Positions 10,536-20,036 of a stretch of 64,000 nucleotides of DNA are shown piece by piece. This DNA is from an uncultured Spirochaetota bacterium (GTDB lineage Bacteria > Spirochaetota > Spirochaetia > SZUA-6 > Fen-1364): contig CAWJSK010000015.1 of the NCBI GenBank assembly GCA_963845535.1, positions 10,013 through 74,012 of the forward strand, in the 5' to 3' direction. Made by a program: the position numbers and the translations under genes. A model generated the notes under the pieces. The model searched no databases and was not told where the DNA came from. It saw only the letters and a list, made by a program, of their open reading frames with translations. The first letter of the stretch is position 1. Every line of letters starts with the position of its first letter.

Positions 10536-11174
10536 GCGACGCGTGGCTTTCCGCGCGGCTTCTTTCACCGCGTCGGCAATGGCGCGCGCCGCCGCCTCCA
10601 CGTCCTGTGCTCCTACAATCGCGGAAACCACGGCCAACCCCGCGGCGCCCGCAAGCATGACAGCGCGCGCGTTCTGCGCGTTCATGCCGCCAATGGCCAC
10701 AACGGGGATGCTCACCGCGCCAGCCAATTTCCGCAGGCCTTCCACGCCCATGGGGGCCGGCGCGTCGGGCTTGGTGGGCGTTGCAAAAACGGGGCTCGCG
10801 CCAATGTAGTCCGCCCCTTCCTCCTCCGCCCTCCGCGCCTCATCCACGTTTCCCGCGGAGACACCAAGGATCCTCCCTTTGCCAATGAGCCTGCGGGCAA
10901 GCGGGGCCGGCATGTCGTCCTGCCCCACGTGCACGCCGTCGGCGTCCACCGCCAGCGCCACGTCTATCCTGTCGTTGACGATAAAGGGCACGCCGGCAGC
11001 CCTGCAGAGCTGCCGAAGCTCCCGCGCCTCAGCGATCATCCGGCGCGTGCTTGCGGCTTTCTCCCGGTACTGAACCACCGTGACGCCACCTCGAATGGCG
11101 GCTTCCACCACCTGCGTGTGTGTCCTTCCCGGGGAGAGCCCCGCGTCAGTCACAAGGTAGAGTGTGTAATCCAA
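10533..11174 (-). CDS. thiE: thiamine-phosphate synthase
   Basis: 213 aa: LYLVTD..., VQYREK, GADYIGASPVFATPTK. Confidence 0.9.
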   Translation of the reverse strand: MDYTLYLVTDAGLSPGRTHTQVVEAAIRGGVTVVQYREKAASTRRMIAEARELRQLCRAAGVPFIVNDRIDVALAVDADGVHVGQDDMPAPLARRLIGKGRILGVSAGNVDEARRAEEEGADYIGASPVFATPTKPDAPAPMGVEGLRKLAGAVSIPVVAIGGMNAQNARAVMLAGAAGLAVVSAIVGAQDVEAAARAIADAVKEAARKATRR

Positions 11175-11180
11175 AGGTTT

Positions 11181-12011
11181 TCAGCCCACGTCCACAATGC
11201 GGGCGCCCTTGGTCACATCCGCCGGCGTGAGGTTGTACAGGCAATCGATCAGCGCGGTGCGGAAAGAGCCGGGGCCCCTGGCGCCACGCGCCGCGTTCTG
11301 CGCCGCAAGTCCGTACGCGGCCAGCGCCGCGGCGGTTGCCAGGAGCTTGTCGGACTCAACCGCGCAGAAGATGGCAATCACCGTGGTGGCCATGCATCCC
11401 GTGCCGGTCACCGTCTTCAGCAATTCGTGGCCATTGTCCACCCCGAACACACGGGTGCCGTCAGAGATGATGTCACGCTTGCCGGTGATGGCAACGACGG
11501 TGGCCCTGCGCTTTGCAAGCTCCCGCGCCACCCCTGCCGGGTCCGCCACCCCTTGAACCGACTCCACGCCTTTGACCTCGCCGCCTGCTCCTGCAAGCGC
11601 ACCCACCTCCCCCGAGTTGCCCCGCACCACGTCCAGGTGCAGTTCCTTCATGATCCGGTCCGCCGTATCGTTCCTGTACTTCGTTGCCCCTACGCCTACG
11701 GGGTCATAGACGATGGGGACGCCGCGCTCGTTTGCGCGCTTGCCGGCAATGATCATGGCGTCCACGAGGTCCGGGTACAGCGTGCCCGGGTTGAGCACCA
11801 GCGCCCCGGCGGCGCTGACCATTTCCGCCACTTCCTCCTTGGCGTGTGACATGACAGGCAGCGCTCCGAGGGCCAGCGTTGCGTTTGCCGTGTCGTTCAT
11901 GACCACCCAGTTGGTCATGTGGTGGATCAACGGGTTGCGGTGATGGATGCGGTCCAGAAGCTCGGCGGCAAATGCGCCGAGGCTCTTTGTCTGAACGTCA
12001 GGTGCGGTCAT
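11181..12011 (-). CDS. thiM: hydroxyethylthiazole kinase
   Basis: Real start at MTAPDVQ (ATGA overlap with the upstream permease stop). Motifs PLIHHMTNWVVMNDTAN and VTGTGCM. The N-terminal 136 aa of the track ORF is out-of-frame overlap. Confidence 0.85.
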   Translation of the reverse strand: MTAPDVQTKSLGAFAAELLDRIHHRNPLIHHMTNWVVMNDTANATLALGALPVMSHAKEEVAEMVSAAGALVLNPGTLYPDLVDAMIIAGKRANERGVPIVYDPVGVGATKYRNDTADRIMKELHLDVVRGNSGEVGALAGAGGEVKGVESVQGVADPAGVARELAKRRATVVAITGKRDIISDGTRVFGVDNGHELLKTVTGTGCMATTVIAIFCAVESDKLLATAAALAAYGLAAQNAARGARGPGSFRTALIDCLYNLTPADVTKGARIVDVG

Positions 12012-13384
12012 TCCTTTTTCCTCCAAATGATTCCTGCGAGAAGTGAGAGCACGAATGCCACGACAAAGCTGGGCAGAGAGCCGCCTGCAATCCCAAGAGA
12101 GGCAGGCACGATTTTCTGCCACGCGGGGAAAATGGCGCCCAGCGTGCCGGGGTTTGCAAGGTGATATGCGATGATTCCCAGAAACCACACGATGATGGCC
12201 GGGATGTTCACGCCCGCGGTGTACCAGTATGCCCCGCGGGTCTTGTAAAACTGATCCACGCGGTAGCGGCCGGCCCGAAGCACGAAGTAGTCCGCCGTGA
12301 GGATCCCGAACAGCGGCACGAAGAAGGACCCGATCACGAACAGGAAGTTCTGGTAGCGGGTGATGTCCAGGAAGACCGCCACAAGGAAGCACGCGGCGCC
12401 CAGCGCGGTGATGAGCCATCGCTGCTTCACCTTGGGGAACAGGTTCTGGATGGACACCGCGGATGAGTACAGGTCAGCCCACGCGTTGTGCGTTTCATCG
12501 GCAAGCAGGATGAGGAGCGCAACCCATCCCGCGGTAAGCGCAATGGCGGAGGCAAAGTCTTTCGGCGCCTGGGCAACCTTGGAGCCAAGGAGCAGCATGG
12601 CCCCCAGCGCAAGGAACCACGCGTTGGTAACGAAGAACCCGATCATCGTCCCCAGGAATCCCCGGCTCGTGGACTTGGAGAACCTGTTGTAGTCCGCAAC
12701 CAGGGGAAGCCAGGAGATGGGAAGGGCAATCGCCAGGTCCACCCCGACGCCAAAAGAAAGGGATCCGTCTCCCGCCCGGCGCAGAAGAGCGTGAATGTCA
12801 TAGCGCGTGAAGACCAGGACCGTGAGCCAGACGCCGGTGGCAAGGGCGATCCATACGGCGAACTTCTCAAGCCACTGGCGCACCACTCCGATGGGACCGC
12901 CCACTCCCATGAGGATGACGATCGCCGCAAAGACCGCGGCCCACACCGCGTAGCTGCCGGTGCCGAAGAGCGTGCGGGCAATGGTGGAAGCTGCCACGCC
13001 CATGACCACGAACTCGAAGATGGTCCACCCGACGAGCTGGAGCACGTTCAGCACGCTGGGCACGTAGCTCCCTCGCACCCCCAGCACGGGGCGCAGGAGC
13101 ACCATGGTGGGCGCGCCGGTGGCGCTCCCCACCGCGCCAATCAGCGCCAGGAGGAGGCAGCCTCCGGCGCTTCCCACAAGGATTGCCAGGAGCGCCTCGC
13201 CGAGCCCCAGCCCCGGCACCAGGAACGTGCCTGCCAACATGACAAGGAGCCCAATCCCCAGGTCCCCCCAGAGGACAAGATAGTCCATGAGGCCCAGGAC
13301 CCGATGTGCCTGGGGAACAGGCTCGATCCCCCACTCGGGCGCTGCGTGCGTAATGATCCTTTGCATGACCTTCGAGGTCATCAT
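12008..13384 (-). CDS. NCS1-family permease, CytX-like putative hydroxymethylpyrimidine transporter
   Basis: 458 aa with about 12 TM helices, cytosine/purine/thiamine permease-like. It is the first gene after a TPP riboswitch and ahead of thiM/E/L/D. Confidence 0.75.
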   Translation of the reverse strand: MMTSKVMQRIITHAAPEWGIEPVPQAHRVLGLMDYLVLWGDLGIGLLVMLAGTFLVPGLGLGEALLAILVGSAGGCLLLALIGAVGSATGAPTMVLLRPVLGVRGSYVPSVLNVLQLVGWTIFEFVVMGVAASTIARTLFGTGSYAVWAAVFAAIVILMGVGGPIGVVRQWLEKFAVWIALATGVWLTVLVFTRYDIHALLRRAGDGSLSFGVGVDLAIALPISWLPLVADYNRFSKSTSRGFLGTMIGFFVTNAWFLALGAMLLLGSKVAQAPKDFASAIALTAGWVALLILLADETHNAWADLYSSAVSIQNLFPKVKQRWLITALGAACFLVAVFLDITRYQNFLFVIGSFFVPLFGILTADYFVLRAGRYRVDQFYKTRGAYWYTAGVNIPAIIVWFLGIIAYHLANPGTLGAIFPAWQKIVPASLGIAGGSLPSFVVAFVLSLLAGIIWRKKE

Positions 13385-13410
13385 GAGAGCCCCCCTGTTG
13401 GGGCAGGCGA

Positions 13411-13447
13411 TAAAAAAAGGCCGCCCCGAATGTTCGCCGGGGCGGCC
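13411..13447 (-). terminator. intrinsic terminator (riboswitch expression platform)
   Basis: Minus-strand GGCCGCCCCG-loop-CGGGGCGGCC followed by U7, located between the TPP aptamer and the permease start. Confidence 0.8.
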
Positions 13448-13459
13448 TGCATGTGCCGG

Positions 13460-13553
13460 ATTACCGTCCCTGCGCTGGCATTATCCAGATCAGGTTCAAC
13501 GGGTCGGCGGCTGACAGCCGCCATCTCAGCCCGGTCACACCGAGCCCCCCGAA
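13460..13553 (-). ncRNA. TPP (THI-box) riboswitch aptamer
   Basis: The minus strand reads ...GGGGGGCUCGGUGUGACCGGGCUGAGAUGG...GACCCGUUGAACCUGAUCUGGAUAAUGCCAGCGCAGGGACGG. It contains the invariant CUGAGA and ACCUGAUCUGGAUAAUGCCAGCG elements of the Rfam RF00059 class. Confidence 0.92.
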
Positions 13554-13661
13554 AAAATGTCTTGCTTCCGGATCAAATGTAGCGACAAGGGGCGGGCGCG
13601 TCAACGCCGCTTTTGACACCTCCCCGCAAGTCCGCTATAGTCTGCGCCAGGAGGACAAAAC

Positions 13662-14648
13662 GTGGCTGACGGCAAAAAGGGGACTTTCGCTGACCTTCTG
13701 GACGGCACGTGGAACCTGGTCTCACGCACATGGATGACGTCATTGGTCCTTGGCGGGGTGCTTTTCATCCCTTCCGCATACCTGTTCGGCTGGGCGTATG
13801 GGGCATTCATGGACGGTTTCAAAGGCATTGCGGAAATGGGGCGGCAGGATCCCGCCACTTTGCTGTCCACCTTGGGGATTGCCTACCTGTGGATTTTCCT
13901 GGCAGCCCTCGTGCAAGGCGTGCTCTTTCTCTTTGTCCGCGCCTGTGTCACAGAGCATTCGGCGCGCGCCGTCCGCGGTGAGCCGGCCAATACGTTCACC
14001 ATTGCCCTGCACGTCATGACGCACACGTACCTCAGGCTCCTTGGCCAGAGGATCCTCCAGATGGTCATCCTTTCAATCACGTTCGGCGCAGCCGTCCTCA
14101 TCACGAGCGTCGCAGCGGGAATCCTTGCTTCTCTTCATCTGATTGCCTTGGCCGTTCTGGCAGGTTGTCTTCTCGGCCTGGCAGGCCTTGGAGTTTCCAT
14201 CTGGATTGCCATACGCTACACGGTTACTCTGGAGTCCATGGTGGTTGACGGCACCGGGATCGATCAGAGCTTCGACCAGAGCATGGCCCTGGTCAGGCGC
14301 CGGTGGTGGCGGGTGTTCGGCTACACGCTGCTCTTTGGCCTCATGGTGAGCTTCGCGTCCACCCTCATCGGCACCCCAATCATGTTCTTCTCCACCATCC
14401 GCCAGTTCATGCACGCGCTGGAATCCGTGCTCAGGGATGCATCCGGACCGCGCAGCGCGAACGCCGTGTTCATGCAGCTTCTTGTGGGCCTGGGCAGGAG
14501 GCTCGGGATATTGCAGTACATCCAGAGCCTGATTGCGGGATTCGTGACGCCTGTTTTCATGACGCTGCTCTTTCTCGAGCTGAAGAGGCCTGAGCCTGAG
14601 CCCGCGCCGTTGCCGCAGGAAGCTCTTCCCGCAGGGACCGGCTCGTGA
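13662..14648 (+). CDS. hypothetical polytopic membrane protein
   Basis: 328 aa with about 6 TM helices. Its stop overlaps the start of the CPBP protease gene. Confidence 0.6.
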   Translation: MADGKKGTFADLLDGTWNLVSRTWMTSLVLGGVLFIPSAYLFGWAYGAFMDGFKGIAEMGRQDPATLLSTLGIAYLWIFLAALVQGVLFLFVRACVTEHSARAVRGEPANTFTIALHVMTHTYLRLLGQRILQMVILSITFGAAVLITSVAAGILASLHLIALAVLAGCLLGLAGLGVSIWIAIRYTVTLESMVVDGTGIDQSFDQSMALVRRRWWRVFGYTLLFGLMVSFASTLIGTPIMFFSTIRQFMHALESVLRDASGPRSANAVFMQLLVGLGRRLGILQYIQSLIAGFVTPVFMTLLFLELKRPEPEPAPLPQEALPAGTGS

Positions 14649-15604
14649 GGCCCCGGCCCCAAGCGGTCCTTGACGGAGCCTGGGAGAAGCCGGGCCGCAA
14701 TCCGGTGGGAGCGGGCGTTGCCGGTCTCCTGATCACCGGCGCGCTCTACACAACCGTTGGCGGCCTGATCCTTTCCGTTGTTGCGCTCATTGTCTCCGCC
14801 CATGACAAGTCGTGGGTGAGGACTGACAACTTCGTCGATTTTCTCCTGAGCTACTATCAGAAGTTCCAGATTCCCATCCTCGTGGTGACCGCGGTCATGG
14901 AGTTCGCGGTCTTCTTCGGAATGACGCTTCTCCTTGTCCGCGCGTGGCACTCCAGCCAGCCGACGCGCTACCTGTCTTACCATCCCCCCGCCGCGCTGGA
15001 CCTGGTCCTTGCGGGACTGGGGGCAGTGGCGGTTGTGCCTATTGCGGAGCTCCTGGATAGCTGGTCCTACATCCTTTTTCCCGTGCTCCGCGAGCTGCGC
15101 GGCGGGGAGTCATCCCTCCTCTCCGTTCACTCCGCAGGACAGACAGCGCTCGTGATATTCGCGGTGTCCATCACGCCGGCAATCTGTGAAGAAGCGATTT
15201 TCCGCGGCTGGCTCCAACACACCATCAGGCGCAAGGCTTCTGCTGCGGCCTCCATCATCATCACAGGGGTGATTTTTGCGCTGTTCCACATGAGCCCGCT
15301 GTCCATAGCGGCGCTTGCCTTCGTGGGCTTCTACCTCGGCTACCTCTTCGAGCGCAGCGGGACGCTGTACGCCTCCATGACCGCGCACGGCATCTACAAC
15401 CTGACCATCATCGCGCTCGTCAACGTGAAGCTGACGTGGCCCTGGCTGATGACCAGCTCTGGGGACATCGCGCTCCCAGCCATGCTCGGGTCAGTGGTGG
15501 TGTTTGCCCTTGTGATTCTGGGGATCGAGCTGAAAGCGCGGTGGCAAGACTCTGAGGCCGGCAGCCCGTTGGAGCCACGGGAGTCCCCCGCGGGTTTGCG
15601 CTGA
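14645..15604 (+). CDS. CPBP-family intramembrane glutamic endopeptidase (CAAX protease-like)
   Basis: Motifs EEAIFRG, FALFH and HGIYN in a polytopic membrane protein. Confidence 0.8.
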   Translation: MRPRPQAVLDGAWEKPGRNPVGAGVAGLLITGALYTTVGGLILSVVALIVSAHDKSWVRTDNFVDFLLSYYQKFQIPILVVTAVMEFAVFFGMTLLLVRAWHSSQPTRYLSYHPPAALDLVLAGLGAVAVVPIAELLDSWSYILFPVLRELRGGESSLLSVHSAGQTALVIFAVSITPAICEEAIFRGWLQHTIRRKASAAASIIITGVIFALFHMSPLSIAALAFVGFYLGYLFERSGTLYASMTAHGIYNLTIIALVNVKLTWPWLMTSSGDIALPAMLGSVVVFALVILGIELKARWQDSEAGSPLEPRESPAGLR

Positions 15605-15609
15605 GCCGG

Positions 15610-15672
15610 CCAATCGCCAGGCGACACCAATCGCCAGGCGCGCTTGACTTCGCTCTGAGCGTTCCCTATCAT
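15610..15672 (+). promoter_or_regulatory. putative promoter with upstream direct repeats for the sugar ABC operon
   Basis: ccaatcgccaggcg occurs at 15610-15623 and 15627-15640. It is followed by TTGACT (15645-50), 16 nt, and TATCAT (15667-72). Confidence 0.45.
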
Positions 15673-15683
15673 TTGCGCAGACT

Positions 15684-16925
15684 ATGGACAGCGCGCGCCA
15701 CTGGAGCCCTCATCGCGACGGAGCCGTCCGGAAGCAGTCGCGTCCAGCGCCAGGCGGCACACGCGGCCGCGTCCGCGCCTGGCGGGCGCGAGATGCGCTG
15801 AGCGCGTACCTGTTCATCAGCCCGTCGGCGCTCATCATTACCGTTTTCGGGATATTCCCGCTCTTTTTCACGTTCGCCATCAGCCTCTTCAAGTGGCGGC
15901 TCACGCGGGGAAGCTTTCTGGGGCTTGGCAACTACGAGTCGCTGTTCGGCGCAAGCCTTGCTCCGCTCCTGGCCCTTGTCGCTTCCATTGGCGGAATCGT
16001 CGTTGCCGCTTTCCTTCTGCGTCAGACCGCCGCGTCCGGCTTGGGTCTGCGCAGGGCGGGGGCGCTCGTTCTCCTTGCAGCCTCCCTCGGCGGACTTTTT
16101 TTCTCCCTGCCCGTCCTGGCATCGCAGGGAGACGGGGAAGTCTTCGATTCCCTGCGCGTGACGATCTGGTACACGGTCCTTACCGTCCCGGTCCAGCTCG
16201 TCCTCGGTCTATCCGTCGCGCTCCTTCTCACGCGCAAGGTGCGGGGGAGGCAGGCGTTCCGCGTCATGTTCCTCCTTCCCTATATCGCCCCCACCGTTGC
16301 AACCGCGGCGGTCTTCGAGCTGCTGTTTTCCCTGAGGCCTGACTCGTTCGCGAACCAGCTCATCGGTCTCCTGGGAGCCCGTCCGCTGCAGTGGCTGCAG
16401 GAGCCCCGAGGGATCATCCCGCTCATCTTCGGCATGGGACAGCAGCCGCCGTCAGCGGCGGTCATTTCTTCCTACTGGATGGCGTGGGCGCGCGGCCCGA
16501 GCCTTGCCCTCGTCTCCATCGTCTTTTTTAGCTGGTGGGTGTTTGTCGGCTACTACGCGCTCATCTACATCAACGGGCTGGGGTCCATCCCGCGCCAGCT
16601 TTACGAAGCCGCGGAAGTGGATGGAGCGGGGAAAGTCCGCACCTTCTTCTCCGTCACGGTCCCCCTGCTTTCCCCCACCACGTATTTCCTGACTCTTCTG
16701 GGCGTGATCGGGACGTTCAAGGCGTTCACGCACCTCTACGTCCTTCGCACGGCCGCCGCGGCGGGAACCGCTGATCCCATCAGCATCGAGATCTTCTTCA
16801 CGTTTTTCCGAAAGGCCCAGCTCGGATACGCTTCGGCCATTTCCATCATTCTCTTCCTCACCGTGCTCGGGTTGACCCTGATCCAGCAGAGGACGTTCGA
16901 AAGGCGAGTCTCCTATGGCGATTGA
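15684..16925 (+). CDS. carbohydrate ABC transporter permease (MalF-like)
   Basis: 413 aa, polytopic, with an EAA-like loop (YEAAEVDGAGKVRTFFSVTVPLL). Confidence 0.85.
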   Translation: MDSARHWSPHRDGAVRKQSRPAPGGTRGRVRAWRARDALSAYLFISPSALIITVFGIFPLFFTFAISLFKWRLTRGSFLGLGNYESLFGASLAPLLALVASIGGIVVAAFLLRQTAASGLGLRRAGALVLLAASLGGLFFSLPVLASQGDGEVFDSLRVTIWYTVLTVPVQLVLGLSVALLLTRKVRGRQAFRVMFLLPYIAPTVATAAVFELLFSLRPDSFANQLIGLLGARPLQWLQEPRGIIPLIFGMGQQPPSAAVISSYWMAWARGPSLALVSIVFFSWWVFVGYYALIYINGLGSIPRQLYEAAEVDGAGKVRTFFSVTVPLLSPTTYFLTLLGVIGTFKAFTHLYVLRTAAAAGTADPISIEIFFTFFRKAQLGYASAISIILFLTVLGLTLIQQRTFERRVSYGD

Positions 16926-17799
16926 AACGGAGCCGATCACTCGCGCCGGCCCGCCGCGTCCCCGGCTCACCGCGGGCAGGGTGATCCTGTATGCCGCCCT
17001 CTCCCTCGGCGGGCTCGTCTGCATCCTTCCTTTCCTGTACATGGCGAGCACGTCGCTCAAGTCCTCCGCGGAGACGATCACCCGGGTCAGCCCTCTTCCC
17101 TTCACGCCTGACTTCTGGCCTACAGTATTGCGGGTAAGCAACTACGGTGAGGCATGGACGCGCGCCAGCTTCAGCCTGTATTTCCGCAACAGCGTCATCA
17201 CGGCCGCCGTGACCGTGGCCGGCGTGATCCTCACGTCGAGCCTTGCCGCGTACGCTTTTGCAAAGATCAGGTTTCCGGGATCACGACAGTTGTTTGCCGT
17301 CCTCCTGGCAACGCTGATCATTCCCGAAAGCGTGTACCTTGTCCCCAACTTCATCATCGTGACGCGCCTGGGATGGTACGACACGCTGGCCGCGCTTACC
17401 GTCCCGTTCATGGCGAGCGCTTTTTACATCTTCCTCTTGCGGCAATTCTTCGCGCAGATCCCCAACGAGCTGGTGGAGAGCGCCCGCATTGACGGCGCGG
17501 GGCACGCGAGGTCCCTCGTCTCCATCGTGCTTCCTCTTTCGGGAGCGCCCCTGTTTACCGTGGCATTCCTTGCATTCGTCGGATCATGGAACTCGCTCCA
17601 ATGGCCTCTGGTGGCCACACGCACCTCTCGGTGGCGGCCCATCACGGTGGGGCTCACCACGTTCATTTCCGACGCGGGACCGGAGAATCAGCTCATCATG
17701 GCCGGGGCGGTGATCGCCATCCTGCCGGTCGTCCTCCTGTATTTCGTCGCGCAGAAGCAGTTCACGGAGGCAATCGCACGGAGCGGGATCAAGGGATGA
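16915..17799 (+). CDS. carbohydrate ABC transporter permease (MalG-like)
   Basis: 294 aa with the EAA loop ESARIDGAGHARSLVSIVLPL. Confidence 0.85.
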   Translation: MAIETEPITRAGPPRPRLTAGRVILYAALSLGGLVCILPFLYMASTSLKSSAETITRVSPLPFTPDFWPTVLRVSNYGEAWTRASFSLYFRNSVITAAVTVAGVILTSSLAAYAFAKIRFPGSRQLFAVLLATLIIPESVYLVPNFIIVTRLGWYDTLAALTVPFMASAFYIFLLRQFFAQIPNELVESARIDGAGHARSLVSIVLPLSGAPLFTVAFLAFVGSWNSLQWPLVATRTSRWRPITVGLTTFISDAGPENQLIMAGAVIAILPVVLLYFVAQKQFTEAIARSGIKG

Positions 17800-17865
17800 C
17801 GACGAGGTGACGACGCGGACCGCATGATTGTGCAGTATCGGGTGATGAGACGGAAAGGAGTCGAT

Positions 17866-19167
17866 ATGAGGAAGGTTGTCCTGGCCCTGGCCGTTTTGGC
17901 GGCGCCCATGATCCTTCATGCCCAGGGAAGCCCTCTTGCCGGAGTGGATCCCACAGGCGCCAGGATCACGTTCTGGTACCAGCACTCCGGGGACCGAGAC
18001 AAGGCCATGCAGGCCATGCTGGATGAGTTCAACTCGACGAACCAATGGAAGATCACCGTCCGCGGCGAGTATGCGGGGCCCTACGACCAGATCTACAACA
18101 AGATGGTTGCCTCCATTGCGGCGGGAAGGCCGCCAGAGCTGGTGGTTGCCTACCAGAACCAGGCCGCAACCTACGACGGCGCCCTCGTGGATCTCAACCC
18201 GTACGTCAATGATCCCACGTGGGGCATCACGGGAGAGCTGGGGGATTTCTTTGCAGGGTTCATCAACCAGGACATCTCCGCCCAGCTCGGGGGCAAGAGG
18301 CTCGGGTTCCCGCCCAACAGGTCCATCGAGGTGCTGTTTTACAACGAGGCAATGCTCAGGCGGGCGGGGATCAACGCGCCTCCGCGCACGTGGGACGAGT
18401 TTGCCGCCGACTGCCGACGGGTGACCAGCAATACCGCGGGAACCTACGGCTATGCCCTGGACAGCCTGGATGCCTCCCACGTCTTCTCATTCGTGATCTC
18501 CCGCGGCGGCACGTTCACCACTCCTGACGGCAGGGGGTACGCCCTCGACTCTCCCCAGATGAGAGAGTCGATGCTGTTCATGCGGCGGCTCGTCACCGGG
18601 GGATGGGCCCGCAAGATCGCAAAGAAGTTCGATGACCAGAGCGAGTTCGGAAACGCGCAGTGCGCCTTCACGATGAGCTCCACGTCCGGACTGACCTTCT
18701 ATGCGGCCGCGGTGAAGGCGGGCAAGAACGGGCAGTTTCCGTGGAGCATTGCCGCCATCCCCCAGTCCAAGCCAACCGACGAGCCGGTTATCGACCTGTA
18801 CGGAGCAAGCGTCAGCGTGCCCAAAACGACGCCCCAGAAGCAGCTTGCCGCGTGGCTCTTCATCAAGTGGTTTTCCGAGCCCCGCCAGCAGGCGGCCTGG
18901 ACCCACGTGTCCCTCTACTTCCCCGTGAGAAAGTCGGCGGAGCCCCTCATCAGGGATATCCTCCGCTCTGACCCCCGCTTTTCCACCGCCTGGGAGCTTC
19001 TCAAGCGGGCAGACCTCCGGTCGGAGCCTTCGTTCGTCGGCTATGACCTCGTGCGGGACGCCATCAGCGCGGCGTACAACAAGGTGCTGGACGGCGCGGA
19101 CCTGGATTCCACCGTAGCGGCGCTGCAAGCCCAGGCGCAGAAGATCCTGAAGGATTCCTCGCCGTGA
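17866..19167 (+). CDS. ABC transporter extracellular solute-binding protein (sugar family)
   Basis: Start at MRKVVLALAVLAAPMILHAQG (signal peptide), preceded by AAAGGAG. Family-1 SBP-like sequence. There is no cognate ATPase gene in the operon. Confidence 0.8.
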   Translation: MRKVVLALAVLAAPMILHAQGSPLAGVDPTGARITFWYQHSGDRDKAMQAMLDEFNSTNQWKITVRGEYAGPYDQIYNKMVASIAAGRPPELVVAYQNQAATYDGALVDLNPYVNDPTWGITGELGDFFAGFINQDISAQLGGKRLGFPPNRSIEVLFYNEAMLRRAGINAPPRTWDEFAADCRRVTSNTAGTYGYALDSLDASHVFSFVISRGGTFTTPDGRGYALDSPQMRESMLFMRRLVTGGWARKIAKKFDDQSEFGNAQCAFTMSSTSGLTFYAAAVKAGKNGQFPWSIAAIPQSKPTDEPVIDLYGASVSVPKTTPQKQLAAWLFIKWFSEPRQQAAWTHVSLYFPVRKSAEPLIRDILRSDPRFSTAWELLKRADLRSEPSFVGYDLVRDAISAAYNKVLDGADLDSTVAALQAQAQKILKDSSP

Positions 19168-19190
19168 GGCGCCTCGCCGTGAGGCGCCAG

Positions 19191-19694
19191 CTATTTCAGC
19201 GCCGCCGCGAGAGCCCTTTCGTAGGACGGCTCCTTTTCGATCTCGGGCACCTGCTCGGTGTACAGCACCTTGTTGTGCTCGTCGAGGACCACGACTGCCC
19301 GCGACAGGAGGCCGGCGAGAGGTCCGTCAACGATCTCGACGCCGTAGGCGGTCCCGAAGTCGCGGCTTCTCATCTGCGACAACGTCACGATGTTGCGGAT
19401 ACCCTCCGCCTCGCAGAACCGCTTCTGCGCGAAGGGCAGGTCGTTGCTGATGGTGAGGACGACCACGTTCTGCAGGTCGGCCGCCTCGGCGTCGAAGCGC
19501 CGCGCCGAGGCCGCGCAAACCCCGGTGTCCAGGCTCGGCACGATGTTGAGGATCTTTCGCCGGGCGCCGAAGCTTGCCAGGCTGACGTCGGTCAGATCGG
19601 AACGGGTGAGCTTGAAGTCGGGCGCCCTGGATCCGATGGCAGGCAGCCTGCCACGAGTCTGTATCGTCTTCCCTTTGTGGGTGATTTCCGCCAT
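19191..19694 (-). CDS. tpx: thiol peroxidase
   Basis: 167 aa: APDFKL..., VPSLDTGVCAASARRF (peroxidatic Cys context). Confidence 0.9.
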   Translation of the reverse strand: MAEITHKGKTIQTRGRLPAIGSRAPDFKLTRSDLTDVSLASFGARRKILNIVPSLDTGVCAASARRFDAEAADLQNVVVLTISNDLPFAQKRFCEAEGIRNIVTLSQMRSRDFGTAYGVEIVDGPLAGLLSRAVVVLDEHNKVLYTEQVPEIEKEPSYERALAAALK

Positions 19695-19759
19695 GGGACT
19701 CTCCTAACGAAAAGGTACCGGCGCGCCTTGGGCAATTCCACTCTCCAGCAAAAATTTCG

Positions 19760-19789
19760 TTGACACGCGGCCCCTTTCACGCGTAGAAT
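19760..19789 (+). promoter_or_regulatory. sigma70-like promoter for the small zinc-ribbon gene
   Basis: TTGACA (19760-65), 18 nt, TAGAAT (19784-89). Downstream are the hairpin TGCCGGGCTCCCGGCA and the SD GGGAGGGG. Confidence 0.5.
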
Positions 19790-19844
19790 CCTCTCCCGTT
19801 GTACGTTGCCGGGCTCCCGGCAGCGACACGACGGGAGGGGCGTC

Positions 19845-20027
19845 ATGGAGAAAGTCCATCGGAGAGAGGGGATTGTCTGCATTTGCGCCGAATGCAAAAA
19901 GGTGATCAAGGTCATCGGAAACGTCACACCGCAAACGTCTCACGCGGTGAGCCACGGCATCTGCCCAGAGTGCGCTGAGCATCTCTACGGGGACCTGTTC
20001 AGGAAATCGCGGCCGTCTGAGCCGTGA
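19845..20027 (+). CDS. small CxxC...CxxC zinc-ribbon protein (60 aa)
   Basis: MEKVHRREGIVCICAECKKVIKV...SHGICPECAEHLYG. It has its own promoter and SD. Confidence 0.55.
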   Translation: MEKVHRREGIVCICAECKKVIKVIGNVTPQTSHAVSHGICPECAEHLYGDLFRKSRPSEP

Positions 20028-20036
20028 GCGGCGCTG

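Noticed and set aside
9924-11849. Very long ORFs on the opposite strand of confirmed genes. Examples are 9924..11849 (641 aa), 8499..9641, 9590..10660, 21192..22376, 21910..23334, 28147..29160, 34446..35456, 48112..49541, 55981..56946 and 62610..63767.
   Set aside because: They are Arg/Pro/Gly/His-rich low-complexity translations lying exactly antisense to genes with clear family motifs (thiL/thiE/thiM, ilvC, MBL hydrolase, mtnP, pfkA, arsA). This is typical of stop-codon-poor shadow frames in high-GC DNA.
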